Part shown: positions 29,030-38,052 of the stretch, piece by piece
Layout of the letters: every line of letters starts with the position of its first letter
How positions within the stretch are numbered: position 1 is the first letter of the stretch
From: Xanthobacteraceae bacterium
Lineage (GTDB): Bacteria; Pseudomonadota; Alphaproteobacteria; Rhizobiales; Xanthobacteraceae
DNA length: 64,000 bases
NCBI GenBank assembly: GCA_009694215.1
Contig: SHVN01000001.1
Location: 32,943 to 96,942, forward strand
Reading direction: 5' to 3'
Translations under genes and position numbers: made by a program
Notes under the pieces: model-generated
What the model saw: only the letters and a program-made list of their open reading frames with translations
Told to the model about the DNA's origin: nothing
Databases searched by the model: none

Positions 29030-30016
29030 ATGGGTAGAGGTCAGTATCTGTCGGGGCTTTTTGGCTTGGCCACCGTTCTGCTTGTGGGGCAAGCCGTTGC
29101 CCAGACGCCCGATGCGACCTATCCGACCCGGCCAATCAAAATCATCAGCGCCTCGCCAGCTGGCGGGGGCGTCGATCTTTCAGCACGCATCGTTGCCGAG
29201 CATCTGCAGAGGCTGTGGGGCCAACCGGTGACCGTGGAAAACAGGACCGGCGGCAGCAACAACATCGCGGGGGAGGCGGTCGCGCGAGCAGAACCCGACG
29301 GCTACACCCTTCTTGCCACGCCACCGGGCACAATCACAGCGAATGCGGTGCTGTTTAAACAGCTCAACTACGATCCGGCCGCGCTTGAGCCGGTTGCGAT
29401 CATGGCAGTTGGTCCAAACGTTTTGGTGGTGAAGAACAGCTTGCCTATCAAGACTGTTGCGGACTTGATCGCCTATGCCAAGGCCAATCCAGCGACAATG
29501 AGCTATGCCTCCCAGGGCAATGGCTCGACTTCGCATCTCACCACCGAGCTGTTCAAAAGCCGGACTGGCATCCAGCTCGTTCATGTCCCCTACCGGGGAG
29601 CGGCGCCAGCAGCGACTGACATCGCCGGTGGGCATGTGGACGTGATGTTCTGCGACCTCGGTACCATTCTGCCGCTGTACCAAGCGGGCAAGGTCAACAT
29701 CATTGCGGTCTCGACGTTGACCCGTCTATCGCAACTTCCTGCGGTGCCTACAGTCGACGAGAGCGGCATTAAAGGCTTCAGCTCGACGACGTTCTTCTCG
29801 TTGATGGCGCCACCTAAGACGTCTCCGGAAATCCGGATCAAGCTGAACAGAGCGATTGTAGTCGCCATGCAGACGCCTGAGGTGCGGGCGAAGCTCAAGG
29901 CAATTTTCGTTGAAGCGAGCACGCTTGACATGGTGGCGATGGGCGAGTTCGTGAAGGCCGAGGCCAAACTCTGGGGCGATGTGATACGCGCCGCTAACAT
30001 CACCGTGGAACAGTGA
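29030..30016 (+). CDS. Bug/TctC substrate-binding protein
   Basis: YPTRPIKII...PAGGG.D, ENR.GG, YASQGNGSTSHL, HVPYRG; codon usage less GC-biased than the other bug genes. Confidence 0.9.
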   Translation: MGRGQYLSGLFGLATVLLVGQAVAQTPDATYPTRPIKIISASPAGGGVDLSARIVAEHLQRLWGQPVTVENRTGGSNNIAGEAVARAEPDGYTLLATPPGTITANAVLFKQLNYDPAALEPVAIMAVGPNVLVVKNSLPIKTVADLIAYAKANPATMSYASQGNGSTSHLTTELFKSRTGIQLVHVPYRGAAPAATDIAGGHVDVMFCDLGTILPLYQAGKVNIIAVSTLTRLSQLPAVPTVDESGIKGFSSTTFFSLMAPPKTSPEIRIKLNRAIVVAMQTPEVRAKLKAIFVEASTLDMVAMGEFVKAEAKLWGDVIRAANITVEQ

Positions 30017-30053
30017 TGAACAAGTTTGTCCCCGCCCTTATCTCGTATGGAGT

Positions 30054-30137
30054 TGGTCTGCCCCCTGAGAAGTGGTCCTCCCTGCTGTATGGCTTATGGC
30101 CTGATGGAGGACTGAAGGATGCCAAGGAAGAGACACA
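30054..30137 (+). mobile_element. IS3-family (IS407-group-like) left-end remnant
   Basis: TGGTCTGCCCCCTGAGAAGTGGTCC terminal sequence, GGAGG RBS, and orfA start ATG 30119 MPRKRH, truncated after 6 codons. Confidence 0.7.
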
Positions 30138-30353
30138 TAGTTGAACTTCCACTTCGTAGCGTCGCTTCGTATCGAGGTCTTGGAGAAGCAGGTTGAGCCT
30201 GCCGGCCCGAGGCTGCATTCGCTCTTTGTCCCGTAAGACAAGCTCACCCAATCCCAAAATGGTCGGGTCGGACGCGATCAATCCTTGGACCCAATTTTCA
30301 TTGAGGTCGGAACGGAGCTTCAAAGAGATACGTTCTGATCGCGTGAAGTTCAT
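30138..30353 (-). pseudogene. N-terminal fragment of PD-(D/E)xK nuclease-like (NucS/DUF5655-associated) protein
   Basis: ERISLK...NE.WVQ.LIA.DP.ILGLG.L.L.DKER.QP.AGRL(N)LLLQD....RRYEVEVQL; truncated exactly at the IS3 remnant junction. Confidence 0.6.
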
Positions 30354-30580
30354 GGCCTCGTCACTCCCTACTCGCGCCGAGCATCAGCTGCTTGAGGGCC
30401 ATCCCCAACCAGCGGCCACAGCACAGGGAAGCGCCACCGAGGTCTGGTTCATAGCGTGTCGCCTGATGACGAGCGACGCCGTTATTTTACCGGCTGCACT
30501 CGGCCTCCACTCGCGTGCGAGCTTCTGGGCTTCGGCACGGAGCGTTGGCTAAAGCCGGTTGTTTGACAACTGAATCGGAA

Positions 30581-30949
30581 TCACTGCCCGCAGGTAGGCA
30601 TCATCCCGATCGGCGTATACGTCCAGCACGGCCCGAACCCGCCGCCGTTCCAGCGGCCGCGATAGAACCCGGGGTATCCCCAACCGTACTGAATCTGCCC
30701 GGTGCGCCAGTTCAGATAACGCGGCTCCGGCCGCTCGCGCCGCTCCACGCTGCGGCCGTATCGGTCGAGGTTGTTCACCCAGGGCCGATAGCCCGCCAGG
30801 AATCCATAGCCGTGCCAGCGGCGCTGCGGATGCACCGTGATCCTTTTGCGCTGGACCTGCTCTCCGGCTGCGGTCGCCGCGAATGCCGCCGCCGGCAGCA
30901 CCAGGGATGCCGCGATGGCGGCGATCAGCAGGCCTTTGCAAAATGCCAT
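30581..30949 (-). CDS. Small secreted hypothetical protein, Gly/Tyr/Trp/Arg-rich with C-terminal Cys pair
   Basis: MAFCKGLLIAAIAASLVLPAAAFA signal peptide; ends GPCWTYTPIGMMPTCGQ; ATG overlaps the stop of the upstream gene (TGATG). Confidence 0.7.
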   Translation of the reverse strand: MAFCKGLLIAAIAASLVLPAAAFAATAAGEQVQRKRITVHPQRRWHGYGFLAGYRPWVNNLDRYGRSVERRERPEPRYLNWRTGQIQYGWGYPGFYRGRWNGGGFGPCWTYTPIGMMPTCGQ

Positions 30950-32121
30950 CACGCTGCCTTCGATCCCCACAGCCGCTCGCTTGCGATCGCCGCGCCGTCG
31001 CTGAGCGCCTTGAGTTTGGCCCAGACGATGCTGTCGGCGACGATCGGGTCGGTCCGCACGGCGGTGCCGAAGCCGCAATCGACGCCGGCGATCACCCGAT
31101 CGCGGCCGACGATGTCGGCATAGCGGCCGATGCGCTGCGCGACAAGCTTCGGATGCTCGACGAAGTTCGTCGTCGAATCGATCACGCCTGGGATGAGAAT
31201 CCTGTCGTCGGGAATTTTGATCGTCTTCAGGTCTTCCCACTCGTGGTCGTGGCGCGGGTTGGCGGCCTCGATGCTGATCGCCTGGATGCTCGCCTTGAAT
31301 GCGATGTCGATAATCTTCAACAGCGGCAGGTCGAAGCTGTGCGGGCCCTCGTAGTTGCCCCAGCAGATGTGCAGCCGCATCCTGTCCGCGGGAAGCCCCT
31401 CGACCGCGGCGTTGAGCGCGTCGATGTTGCGGGCGGCGATCTTGCGGAATTCGTCGTCGGTCAGATCGCGGTACTGGTTGTTGCGGCACGAGCCGAGGTC
31501 CGGCGCGTCGATCTGCAGCACGAAACCCGCATCGATGATGGCGCGATACTCGGTCTTCATTATCTCGGCGAGCGCCGCCACGTAGGCGTCCTCGGTCGGA
31601 TAGTGCAGGTTGATGATGAAGCGCGTCAGGATGCCGGGTGACGGCGCGGTCATGAAAACGTCCGCCGGCTTCGACTTGGCGGCGGCGGCCGTCAGATGCG
31701 CAAGGTCGCGGTCGAGCGCGCTGCGGTCCTTGTACTTCAGCGGGCCGACGCAGCCTGGAAACGGCGAGGCGGAAAAATTCCGACGGTTGGCCCCGAAGTC
31801 CGGATGCGCCAGCAGGTCGCGGCCGATCATGATGTCGCGGCCCTTCTCGGCGGCGCGCGGGTCCGGCTCGATGCCGCTGACCCTGTGGCGGATGTAGGTG
31901 GTGTAGGACGGCTTGCTCATCTCGCCGTCGCTGACGATGTCGACGCCGCAGGCGACCTGCTGTGCGACCACTTCGTCCACCGCCTTGGCGGTCGCGGCTT
32001 CGAAAGTGGCGGCGTCGATGGTTTCGCCTTTCTCGCGGCCGAGGATGATATCCATCAGCGGCCTTGGCCGCGGCAAGCTGCCGGTGTGTGTGGTGAGGAT
32101 GCGGTCGGTCGAGGTCTTCAT
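30949..32121 (-). CDS. Cobalamin-independent methionine synthase II family protein (epoxyalkane:CoM transferase-like)
   Basis: Start MKTSTDRILTTHTGSLPRP; SDGE, LQIDAPDL, HICWGNYEGPH (Zn His/Cys), EAANPRH.HEW, DCGF. Confidence 0.9.
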   Translation of the reverse strand: MKTSTDRILTTHTGSLPRPRPLMDIILGREKGETIDAATFEAATAKAVDEVVAQQVACGVDIVSDGEMSKPSYTTYIRHRVSGIEPDPRAAEKGRDIMIGRDLLAHPDFGANRRNFSASPFPGCVGPLKYKDRSALDRDLAHLTAAAAKSKPADVFMTAPSPGILTRFIINLHYPTEDAYVAALAEIMKTEYRAIIDAGFVLQIDAPDLGSCRNNQYRDLTDDEFRKIAARNIDALNAAVEGLPADRMRLHICWGNYEGPHSFDLPLLKIIDIAFKASIQAISIEAANPRHDHEWEDLKTIKIPDDRILIPGVIDSTTNFVEHPKLVAQRIGRYADIVGRDRVIAGVDCGFGTAVRTDPIVADSIVWAKLKALSDGAAIASERLWGSKAA

Positions 32122-32266
32122 GCGAATGCTCCCGGCGTGAGGCTGTTGCCGCCAATGGTAGTCAGATTCCCGCCCGGCGATAGCTGACTCTGGTGTCGGG
32201 AGCCGATATGTCTGTTGCGTCCCAACGCGCCCAACGTCAGTGGCCGGGGATTCGGGAGGACTGGGA

Positions 32267-33958
32267 ATGATGCTGGGACACAATCGGAAGATGTTGGGCG
32301 CCGAGTGCATGGCCGACATGCTCGAGGCCTACGGCGTGACGCATGTGTTTCATGTGCCGGCGGTGCTGCGAAAAACCTTCGCGGTGATGGAGACGCGCAC
32401 CAAGATCAAGCGGCTGCATGTGCACAGCGAGGCGACCGCGGCCTATATGGCGGACGGCTACGCGCGCGCCTCCGGCAAGCCCGGCATCTGCATGGCGCAG
32501 GTGATCGGCGCGCTCAATCTCGCCGCGGGCCTGCGCGATGCCTGGCTCGCCCATTCGCCGGTCATAGCCTTCACCGGCGGCCGCGAGCCTAAAACTAAAT
32601 TCCGCAAGGTCTATCAGGAGGTCGACGACATGCCGGCGTTCGAGCCGGTGACCAAGTTCAACGCCACGGTCGACGATGTGAACCGCTTCCCCGACATGGT
32701 GCGGGCGGCGTTTCGCGCGGCCACGACTGGCACGCCCGGACCGGTGCATCTGCAATTCCGCGGCAACGAAGGCCAGGTCGACGGCGACGAAGGCGAGATG
32801 GAGCCGATGGTCGAGCCGGAGTTTTCCCGCGTGCCGCCGTTCCGGCCGGAGCCGGACCAGCAGAGCGTGCTGGCGGCGCTGAAGATGCTGCAGGACGCGC
32901 AGCGGCCGGTGATTGTCGCCGGCGGCGGCGTGCGCGCCTCGGGCGCGGGGCGTGAGCTCGTCTCGCTTGCCGAAGCGCTGCAGATGCCGGTCGTCACCTC
33001 GCTCAACGGGAAGGACTCGATCACCGCCAGCCATCCGCTGTCGTGCGGCGTCGTCGGCACTTATTCGCGCGAGAGCGCCAACCGCGTCGTCAACGCAGCC
33101 GATCTGATCTGCTTCGTCGGCACCCAGACCGGCGGCATGACCACGCATTTCTGGGCGGTGCCCAAAATTGGAACGCCGGCGATCCAGATCGACATCGACC
33201 CCGAGGCGCTCGGCCTGAACTATCCGCTGCAGGCCCGCGTCAATGGCGACGCCAAGGTCACGCTTTCGAAGATGCTGGCGGCCGCCGACAAGTCGAGCGC
33301 CGCCAAGCGTAAGGCCTGGGTCGGAGAGGCCCAAGGCATCGTCAAGGAATGGTACGCCAAGTACAAGCCGATGCTGGAGTCGGACGCCGTTCCGATCCAT
33401 CCGGCGCGTATCTGTCACGAACTGTCGAAGCATGTCCCCGACGACGCCATCGTCGTGGTCGACACCGGCCACGCCGGCATGTGGATGGGCGGCATGTACG
33501 ATCTACGCACCGACAAGCAGAGCTACATTCGCAGCGCCGGGCATCTCGGCTGGGCGTTTCCGGCGGGGCTCGGCGCCAAGTGTGGAGCGCCGGACCGGCC
33601 GGTGGTGACCTTCACCGGCGACGCCGGCTTCTGGTACCACATCGGCGACATCGAGACTGCGGTGCGCTGGAAGATCAACGCCGTGACGGTGGTCAACAAC
33701 AACGGCGGCGGCAACCAGTCCAAGCGCGGCTTCGACCGCGTCTATGGCGGCACGCAGACCGAGCAGGCGCGCGAACTCTGGACCTTCCGCAAGACGAACT
33801 TCGCGCGCGTCGCCGAGGAGATGGGAGCGCTCGGCATCCGCGTGGAAGATCCGAAGGGTTTGCCCGCGGCGCTGACGCAGGCGCTTGCCGCCAACCGTCC
33901 GGTCATCATCGACGTCGTCACCGACATCGATGCGCTGGCGCCGGTGGCGGTGGCATAG
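32267..33958 (+). CDS. Thiamine pyrophosphate-binding protein (acetolactate synthase-like)
   Basis: GGAGGA RBS; HSEATAAYMADGYARASG, PGPVHL, GHLGW.FP.GLG, TGDAGF...NN ThDP motif variant. Confidence 0.9.
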   Translation: MMLGHNRKMLGAECMADMLEAYGVTHVFHVPAVLRKTFAVMETRTKIKRLHVHSEATAAYMADGYARASGKPGICMAQVIGALNLAAGLRDAWLAHSPVIAFTGGREPKTKFRKVYQEVDDMPAFEPVTKFNATVDDVNRFPDMVRAAFRAATTGTPGPVHLQFRGNEGQVDGDEGEMEPMVEPEFSRVPPFRPEPDQQSVLAALKMLQDAQRPVIVAGGGVRASGAGRELVSLAEALQMPVVTSLNGKDSITASHPLSCGVVGTYSRESANRVVNAADLICFVGTQTGGMTTHFWAVPKIGTPAIQIDIDPEALGLNYPLQARVNGDAKVTLSKMLAAADKSSAAKRKAWVGEAQGIVKEWYAKYKPMLESDAVPIHPARICHELSKHVPDDAIVVVDTGHAGMWMGGMYDLRTDKQSYIRSAGHLGWAFPAGLGAKCGAPDRPVVTFTGDAGFWYHIGDIETAVRWKINAVTVVNNNGGGNQSKRGFDRVYGGTQTEQARELWTFRKTNFARVAEEMGALGIRVEDPKGLPAALTQALAANRPVIIDVVTDIDALAPVAVA

Positions 33959-33961
33959 GGT

Positions 33962-34342
33962 CTACTTCATCACGGCCGTGATCGCGTCTTTCAGTCCGTC
34001 AGCCGTGATCGGCTTCGCCAGCACCGGAGTGCCGGGCAGCGCCTGCTCGATACGCTCCCGCGTCGCCGGATCGCCGTGCGCGGTGATGAAGATGATTGGC
34101 GTCTTGCGCAGCTCGCGGATGCGGCGCGCTGCTTCGATACCGTCCATGCGGCCGGCCAGCCGGATGTCCATCAGGATCAGGTCGACGTCGAGATCGATCG
34201 CCTGCTCGATTGCGCCGTCGCCGTCCGGCACGAGGCCGCACACTTCGAGCTTCTGCTCGCGGGAGGGCGACTCCAGATGCCACGCCACCAGCAATTCGTC
34301 TTCGACGATCAGGACGCGCCGGGCAGGGTTCGTTGAGCGCAT
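33962..34342 (-). CDS. Single-domain response regulator (receiver)
   Basis: VLIVEDE, DLILMDIRL (phospho-Asp), IIFITA, LAKP; helix-1 ESPSREQ looks mutated. Confidence 0.8.
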   Translation of the reverse strand: MRSTNPARRVLIVEDELLVAWHLESPSREQKLEVCGLVPDGDGAIEQAIDLDVDLILMDIRLAGRMDGIEAARRIRELRKTPIIFITAHGDPATRERIEQALPGTPVLAKPITADGLKDAITAVMK

Positions 34343-34498
34343 AGGCCCGGTGGCTGTCGGTTGAGGTACCGGTAGCATGACGAACGCTCTGCTGCGTCGC
34401 GCCACATACTAGTCCTTCGCGGCACTCATGCCAGCCGTATTCAACAATACCTTAGTCTCGCCAAGCCGAGCCGGGCGAGATCGCGCGCATGGCGAGAC

Positions 34499-34744
34499 TC
34501 AGTTTTCGGGCACCAGCGGCGGCGGGTAGGTATTGCGGGCGGAATCCCACTCCAGGCGAAACAGGTCGCCCTCGCATTGTATAATCACATCCGCCTCGCG
34601 CCCGTTGCGGACATCGAGGTGGGCCAGCGCCACGGCGTCTCTGAACGCATCGCTCCGGCGCGGATAGGGCTCGGAGTTTTCGCCGTCGCACTGAATTTTC
34701 CACTCGCCGTCGTACACCACGTAATAATGGGCTCTGTTGGTCAT
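34499..34744 (-). CDS. DUF2188-like small protein
   Basis: MTNRAHYYVVYDGEWKI...PY....A...A..LA....NG..A.V.IQ.....FR.EW....YPP; GGAG RBS. Confidence 0.6.
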   Translation of the reverse strand: MTNRAHYYVVYDGEWKIQCDGENSEPYPRRSDAFRDAVALAHLDVRNGREADVIIQCEGDLFRLEWDSARNTYPPPLVPEN

Positions 34745-34807
34745 GATGGGCTCCTTCCGACCCGGACCCCCGCTTGGCGGCGGGGTATCCAACCGGTATG
34801 CGGCATC

Positions 34808-34833
34808 AATGTGACAGCGGTGCTAACCGTTCC
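34808..34833 (-). promoter_or_regulatory. Putative sigma-EcfG (general stress response) promoter
   Basis: Minus strand GGAAC-N17-CATT about 65 nt upstream of the DUF2188-like start; close to the alphaproteobacterial GGAAC-N16/17-CGTT consensus. Confidence 0.55.
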
Positions 34834-34968
34834 GTAACGGCGTAAAATCGCTTCCAAGCTCTGTGAATTGCTGTGGATGGCGCGGGCAACGTCCGTGCGC
34901 GGCCTCGATCTCTTTGACCCTGGGCCAGTTTTCGAGGCGCCGGCTTCGATTGACCGGTGGGCAGGGCG

Positions 34969-35335
34969 CTAGATCTTCAGGTCAACATTGACCTCTTTGG
35001 GAAACAACTCCTCCACGGCGAGCTTGCGCCTGGTCACGCCCTGCTCGTGGCAGAAGGCGAGGAACGGCTCGAGCGTGCTGCGGTTCTTCTCGATGCCATA
35101 GGGCCAAGGGTCGCCGTCGGGAAATAGCACGCGGTTGGTCTGCTCGACATGGTCGTCGCTCCAGGCGGTCGGCAGGAACGAGATCTGGCCCGGGTAGAGC
35201 GCCGGCAGGCAGGCGCGCTTGGCCTTCTCGAATGCCTCCAGCAGATTGCGCGTGATCCAGCGCGGTTCGCCTCGTACGCGTCGCGGCGCATGACGACGAC
35301 GAATGAGCCGCTTCACGCCGGGCCTGCCGTCGCAA
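34969..35335 (-). pseudogene. C-terminal remnant of 4,5-dihydroxyphthalate decarboxylase-like protein
   Basis: DGRPGVKRLI / VVVMRRDAYEANR / WITRNLLEAFEKAK...DPWPYGIEKNRSTLE.FL.FCHEQG spread over shifting frames; the N-terminal two-thirds and the FPIMH segment are missing. Confidence 0.75.
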
Positions 35336-35435
35336 GGCACATTGCCATGCTTCCCGATGTTCTTCCACCTGTTACACTGCGGCGGCCTGACGGAGCGTGA
35401 CTCCGCGCAGGTCAAGAAAAATCAGGGGTTGGGAA

Positions 35436-36431
35436 ATGTCCAAGTTGCCGCTTACCTTCGCCTGCGGGCTCTACGACCGTATGCTCGCGCTCCACACCGG
35501 CGAGGTGCGGGTCGAGGGCGTCGATCTCAACTTCCTGGTCGACGACAATCCGCGCAACATCTTCGACCGCATGGCCGCCGGCCTCGAGTTCGACGCCGCG
35601 GAGTTCTCCAGCTCCGAATACGTCTCGCGCTTCGTCGCCAAGGAATGCCCGCTGGTCGCCATTCCGGTGTTCGCCTCGCGCGTGTTCCGGCACGGCTTCA
35701 TCTTCGTCAACAGGAAGCACGTCAAGTTGCCGAAGGACCTGGAAGGCAAGCGCATTGGCGTGCCGGTCTACACCATGACCGCGGCCATCTTCATCCGCGG
35801 GCTGCTCAGCGACGAGCACGGCATCGACTTCGCCAAGTGCGAATGGGTCGAGGGCGACATCAACAGCGCCAAGCCGCACGGCAACCCGACCATCCTGCCC
35901 ACGGCCAGAAAGCTTTCGATCAGCGCCAACAAGTCCGGCAAGTCGCTCAGCAAGATGCTTGAGGATGGCGAGTTGCAGGCCATCATCGGCACCGGCGTGC
36001 CGGAGGCGTTCGGCCGCAATCCCGATATCGTGCGGCTCTATCCCGACTACCGCGCGGCTGAAATGGAATATTACCAGCGCACCAAAATCTTCCCGATCAT
36101 GCACACCGTGGTTATTCGCCGCGACCTGCATGAAAAGCATCCGTTCGTTGCGACAGCCCTGTATCACGCCTTGAATCAGTCCAAGGACCTTGCGCTGAAG
36201 AAAATGAAATACCGCGGGACGCTGCGATACATGCTGCCGTGGATGACCGCCGAGCTGGACGAGATCAACGCCGTGTTCGGCAGCGATCCCTGGCCCTATG
36301 GGGTCGAGTCGAACCGCCCGACGCTGAGCGCGCTGGTGCGCTACCTCGAAGAGCAGGGCGTGATCGCCAAGGCGCCGAAGGTCGACGACCTGTTCGTGCC
36401 GGTGCGGCAGATTCATGCGATGACGCACTAG
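35436..36431 (+). CDS. 4,5-dihydroxyphthalate decarboxylase-like (PBP2-fold) protein
   Basis: LT.ACG.YDR..AL..G.V..EG, EFD..E.S.S, IPVF.SR.FRH, GVP.Y.MTA, FPIMH.VV, DPWPYG...NR.TL; no signal peptide. Confidence 0.85.
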   Translation: MSKLPLTFACGLYDRMLALHTGEVRVEGVDLNFLVDDNPRNIFDRMAAGLEFDAAEFSSSEYVSRFVAKECPLVAIPVFASRVFRHGFIFVNRKHVKLPKDLEGKRIGVPVYTMTAAIFIRGLLSDEHGIDFAKCEWVEGDINSAKPHGNPTILPTARKLSISANKSGKSLSKMLEDGELQAIIGTGVPEAFGRNPDIVRLYPDYRAAEMEYYQRTKIFPIMHTVVIRRDLHEKHPFVATALYHALNQSKDLALKKMKYRGTLRYMLPWMTAELDEINAVFGSDPWPYGVESNRPTLSALVRYLEEQGVIAKAPKVDDLFVPVRQIHAMTH

Positions 36432-36446
36432 GGCAGAGGCTCGGTC

Positions 36447-37223
36447 ATGCGTTGGCGTGTCTGGTTTGACCGGCTGCTCGTCCTGCTGATCCTGCTCGCG
36501 GCATGGCAGGGTGGCAGCCTGTGGCTCGGCAACTATTGGCTCAGCGCACCGTGGTCCGTGGCGACACGTTTCTTCGCCGCGCTGTTCAATGGCGAGATGG
36601 TCTTCCACGCGGGCTACACGATCAGCGAGGCGCTGGCCGGAAGCGTCATCGGCGGCGTGCCGGCGGTGCTGCTGCCGTTCCTGCTTCGCAGGCAGCCGAT
36701 CGTGGTGGCAATCCTCGACCCCTTCATGGTCGGCGGCTATGGCGCGCCCAAGCTCGCTTTCGCGCCGCTGTTCATCCTGTGGTTTGGAATCGGCATCGAA
36801 TCCAAGATCGCGCTGGTCGCGGCGGTGGTGTTCTTCATCGTCTATTTCAGCACGCTGTCGGGTGTCCGGGCGCTGGAACCCAAGCTCGTACAGATGGCGC
36901 AGGTGATCGGCGCGAGCGAACGCCAGGTCGGCCGCCACATCGTGTTTCCCGGAGCGGTGCCGGCGATCTTCGCGGGCTTCCGCATCGCGGTGCCCTATGC
37001 GATCGGCGGCGCCGTGATCGCCGAGCTGATCTCGTCGAACCGGGGTCTCGGTTATCTTGTTCAGACCGGCGCCATGAACTTCGACACCACGCAGGTGTTC
37101 GTCGCGATCCTCGCCGCGACCATCATCGTGCATGCCTTCATCGCTGTCATCGACCTCGGTGAGCGCTTCCTGCTGCGCTGGCGGCCGCGCGGCGCGGTGC
37201 TGATCGCCGATCATGGGACTTGA
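36447..37223 (+). CDS. ABC transporter permease, NitT/TauT family
   Basis: PKLAFAPLFILWFGIG, GAS...HIVFP.A.P, AE...S..GLG. Confidence 0.9.
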   Translation: MRWRVWFDRLLVLLILLAAWQGGSLWLGNYWLSAPWSVATRFFAALFNGEMVFHAGYTISEALAGSVIGGVPAVLLPFLLRRQPIVVAILDPFMVGGYGAPKLAFAPLFILWFGIGIESKIALVAAVVFFIVYFSTLSGVRALEPKLVQMAQVIGASERQVGRHIVFPGAVPAIFAGFRIAVPYAIGGAVIAELISSNRGLGYLVQTGAMNFDTTQVFVAILAATIIVHAFIAVIDLGERFLLRWRPRGAVLIADHGT

Positions 37224-37227
37224 GGCG

Positions 37228-38025
37228 ATGGCAGGCACCCCGATGCTGGAGATCAAGAACCTCGGCAAGCGCTTTCCGGCGCGGGCCGGGCGCGAGCCGC
37301 CGCCCTGGATCATCCAGGACATGTCGTTCGAGGTCGCTGCGGGCGAGCTCCTCACCATCGTCGGCCCTTCAGGGGCGGGCAAATCCACGCTGCTCAACAT
37401 CATCGCCCAGATCGAGACGGCGAGCGCGGGCGAGATCGTGTTCGACGGCGAGCACATCGCGTCCCCGGAGCAGAAGGCGCTGCATCCGGGTCTCAACCGC
37501 CGCATCGGTTATGTGACGCAGGACGACAACCTGCTGCCGTGGCGCACCACCATCGACAACGTGCTGTTCCCGCTCGAAGTCCAGGGCACGCTCGACGACG
37601 CGGCGCGGGCGCGCGCGCAGGAGCTGATTGGCGCGGTGGGGCTTGCCGGGTTCGAACGCTACTATCCGCATGAATTGTCCGGCGGCATGCGCAAGCGCGC
37701 TGCGCTCATTCGCACGCTGGTCTACGACCCGCCGATGATCCTGATGGACGAGCCGTTCGCGGCGGTGGACGCGCAGACTCGCACGCAATTGCAGGAAGAC
37801 CTGCTGCGGCTGTGGAGCCTCAAGCGCAAGACCATTATTTTTGTGACGCACGACATCACTGAGGCGATTGCGCTCGGCGATCGCGCGCTGGTGCTGACGC
37901 AGCGGCCCGCGCGCATCGCGGCCGAACATCCGATCCCGATCCCGCGCCCGCGGCAGGTGAAGGACATTTTCACCATGCCGGGCTTCGCGGCGATCTACGC
38001 GGGCATCCGGGCGGACGTGCAATGA
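37228..38025 (+). CDS. ABC transporter ATP-binding protein, NitT/TauT family
   Basis: GPSGAGKST, LSGGMRKR, LMDEPF, VTHD. Confidence 0.93.
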   Translation: MAGTPMLEIKNLGKRFPARAGREPPPWIIQDMSFEVAAGELLTIVGPSGAGKSTLLNIIAQIETASAGEIVFDGEHIASPEQKALHPGLNRRIGYVTQDDNLLPWRTTIDNVLFPLEVQGTLDDAARARAQELIGAVGLAGFERYYPHELSGGMRKRAALIRTLVYDPPMILMDEPFAAVDAQTRTQLQEDLLRLWSLKRKTIIFVTHDITEAIALGDRALVLTQRPARIAAEHPIPIPRPRQVKDIFTMPGFAAIYAGIRADVQ

Positions 38026-38052
38026 AGAAAATGTCACGACGGTTATCGCTGT

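Noticed and set aside
30581-32155. 524-aa ORF
   Set aside because: Only the last 122 aa (from ATG 30949) look real; the remainder is an off-frame shadow of the MetE-II gene.
34913-34927. FNR/FixK-like box TTGAC-N4-GGCCA
   Set aside because: Second half deviates strongly from RTCAA.
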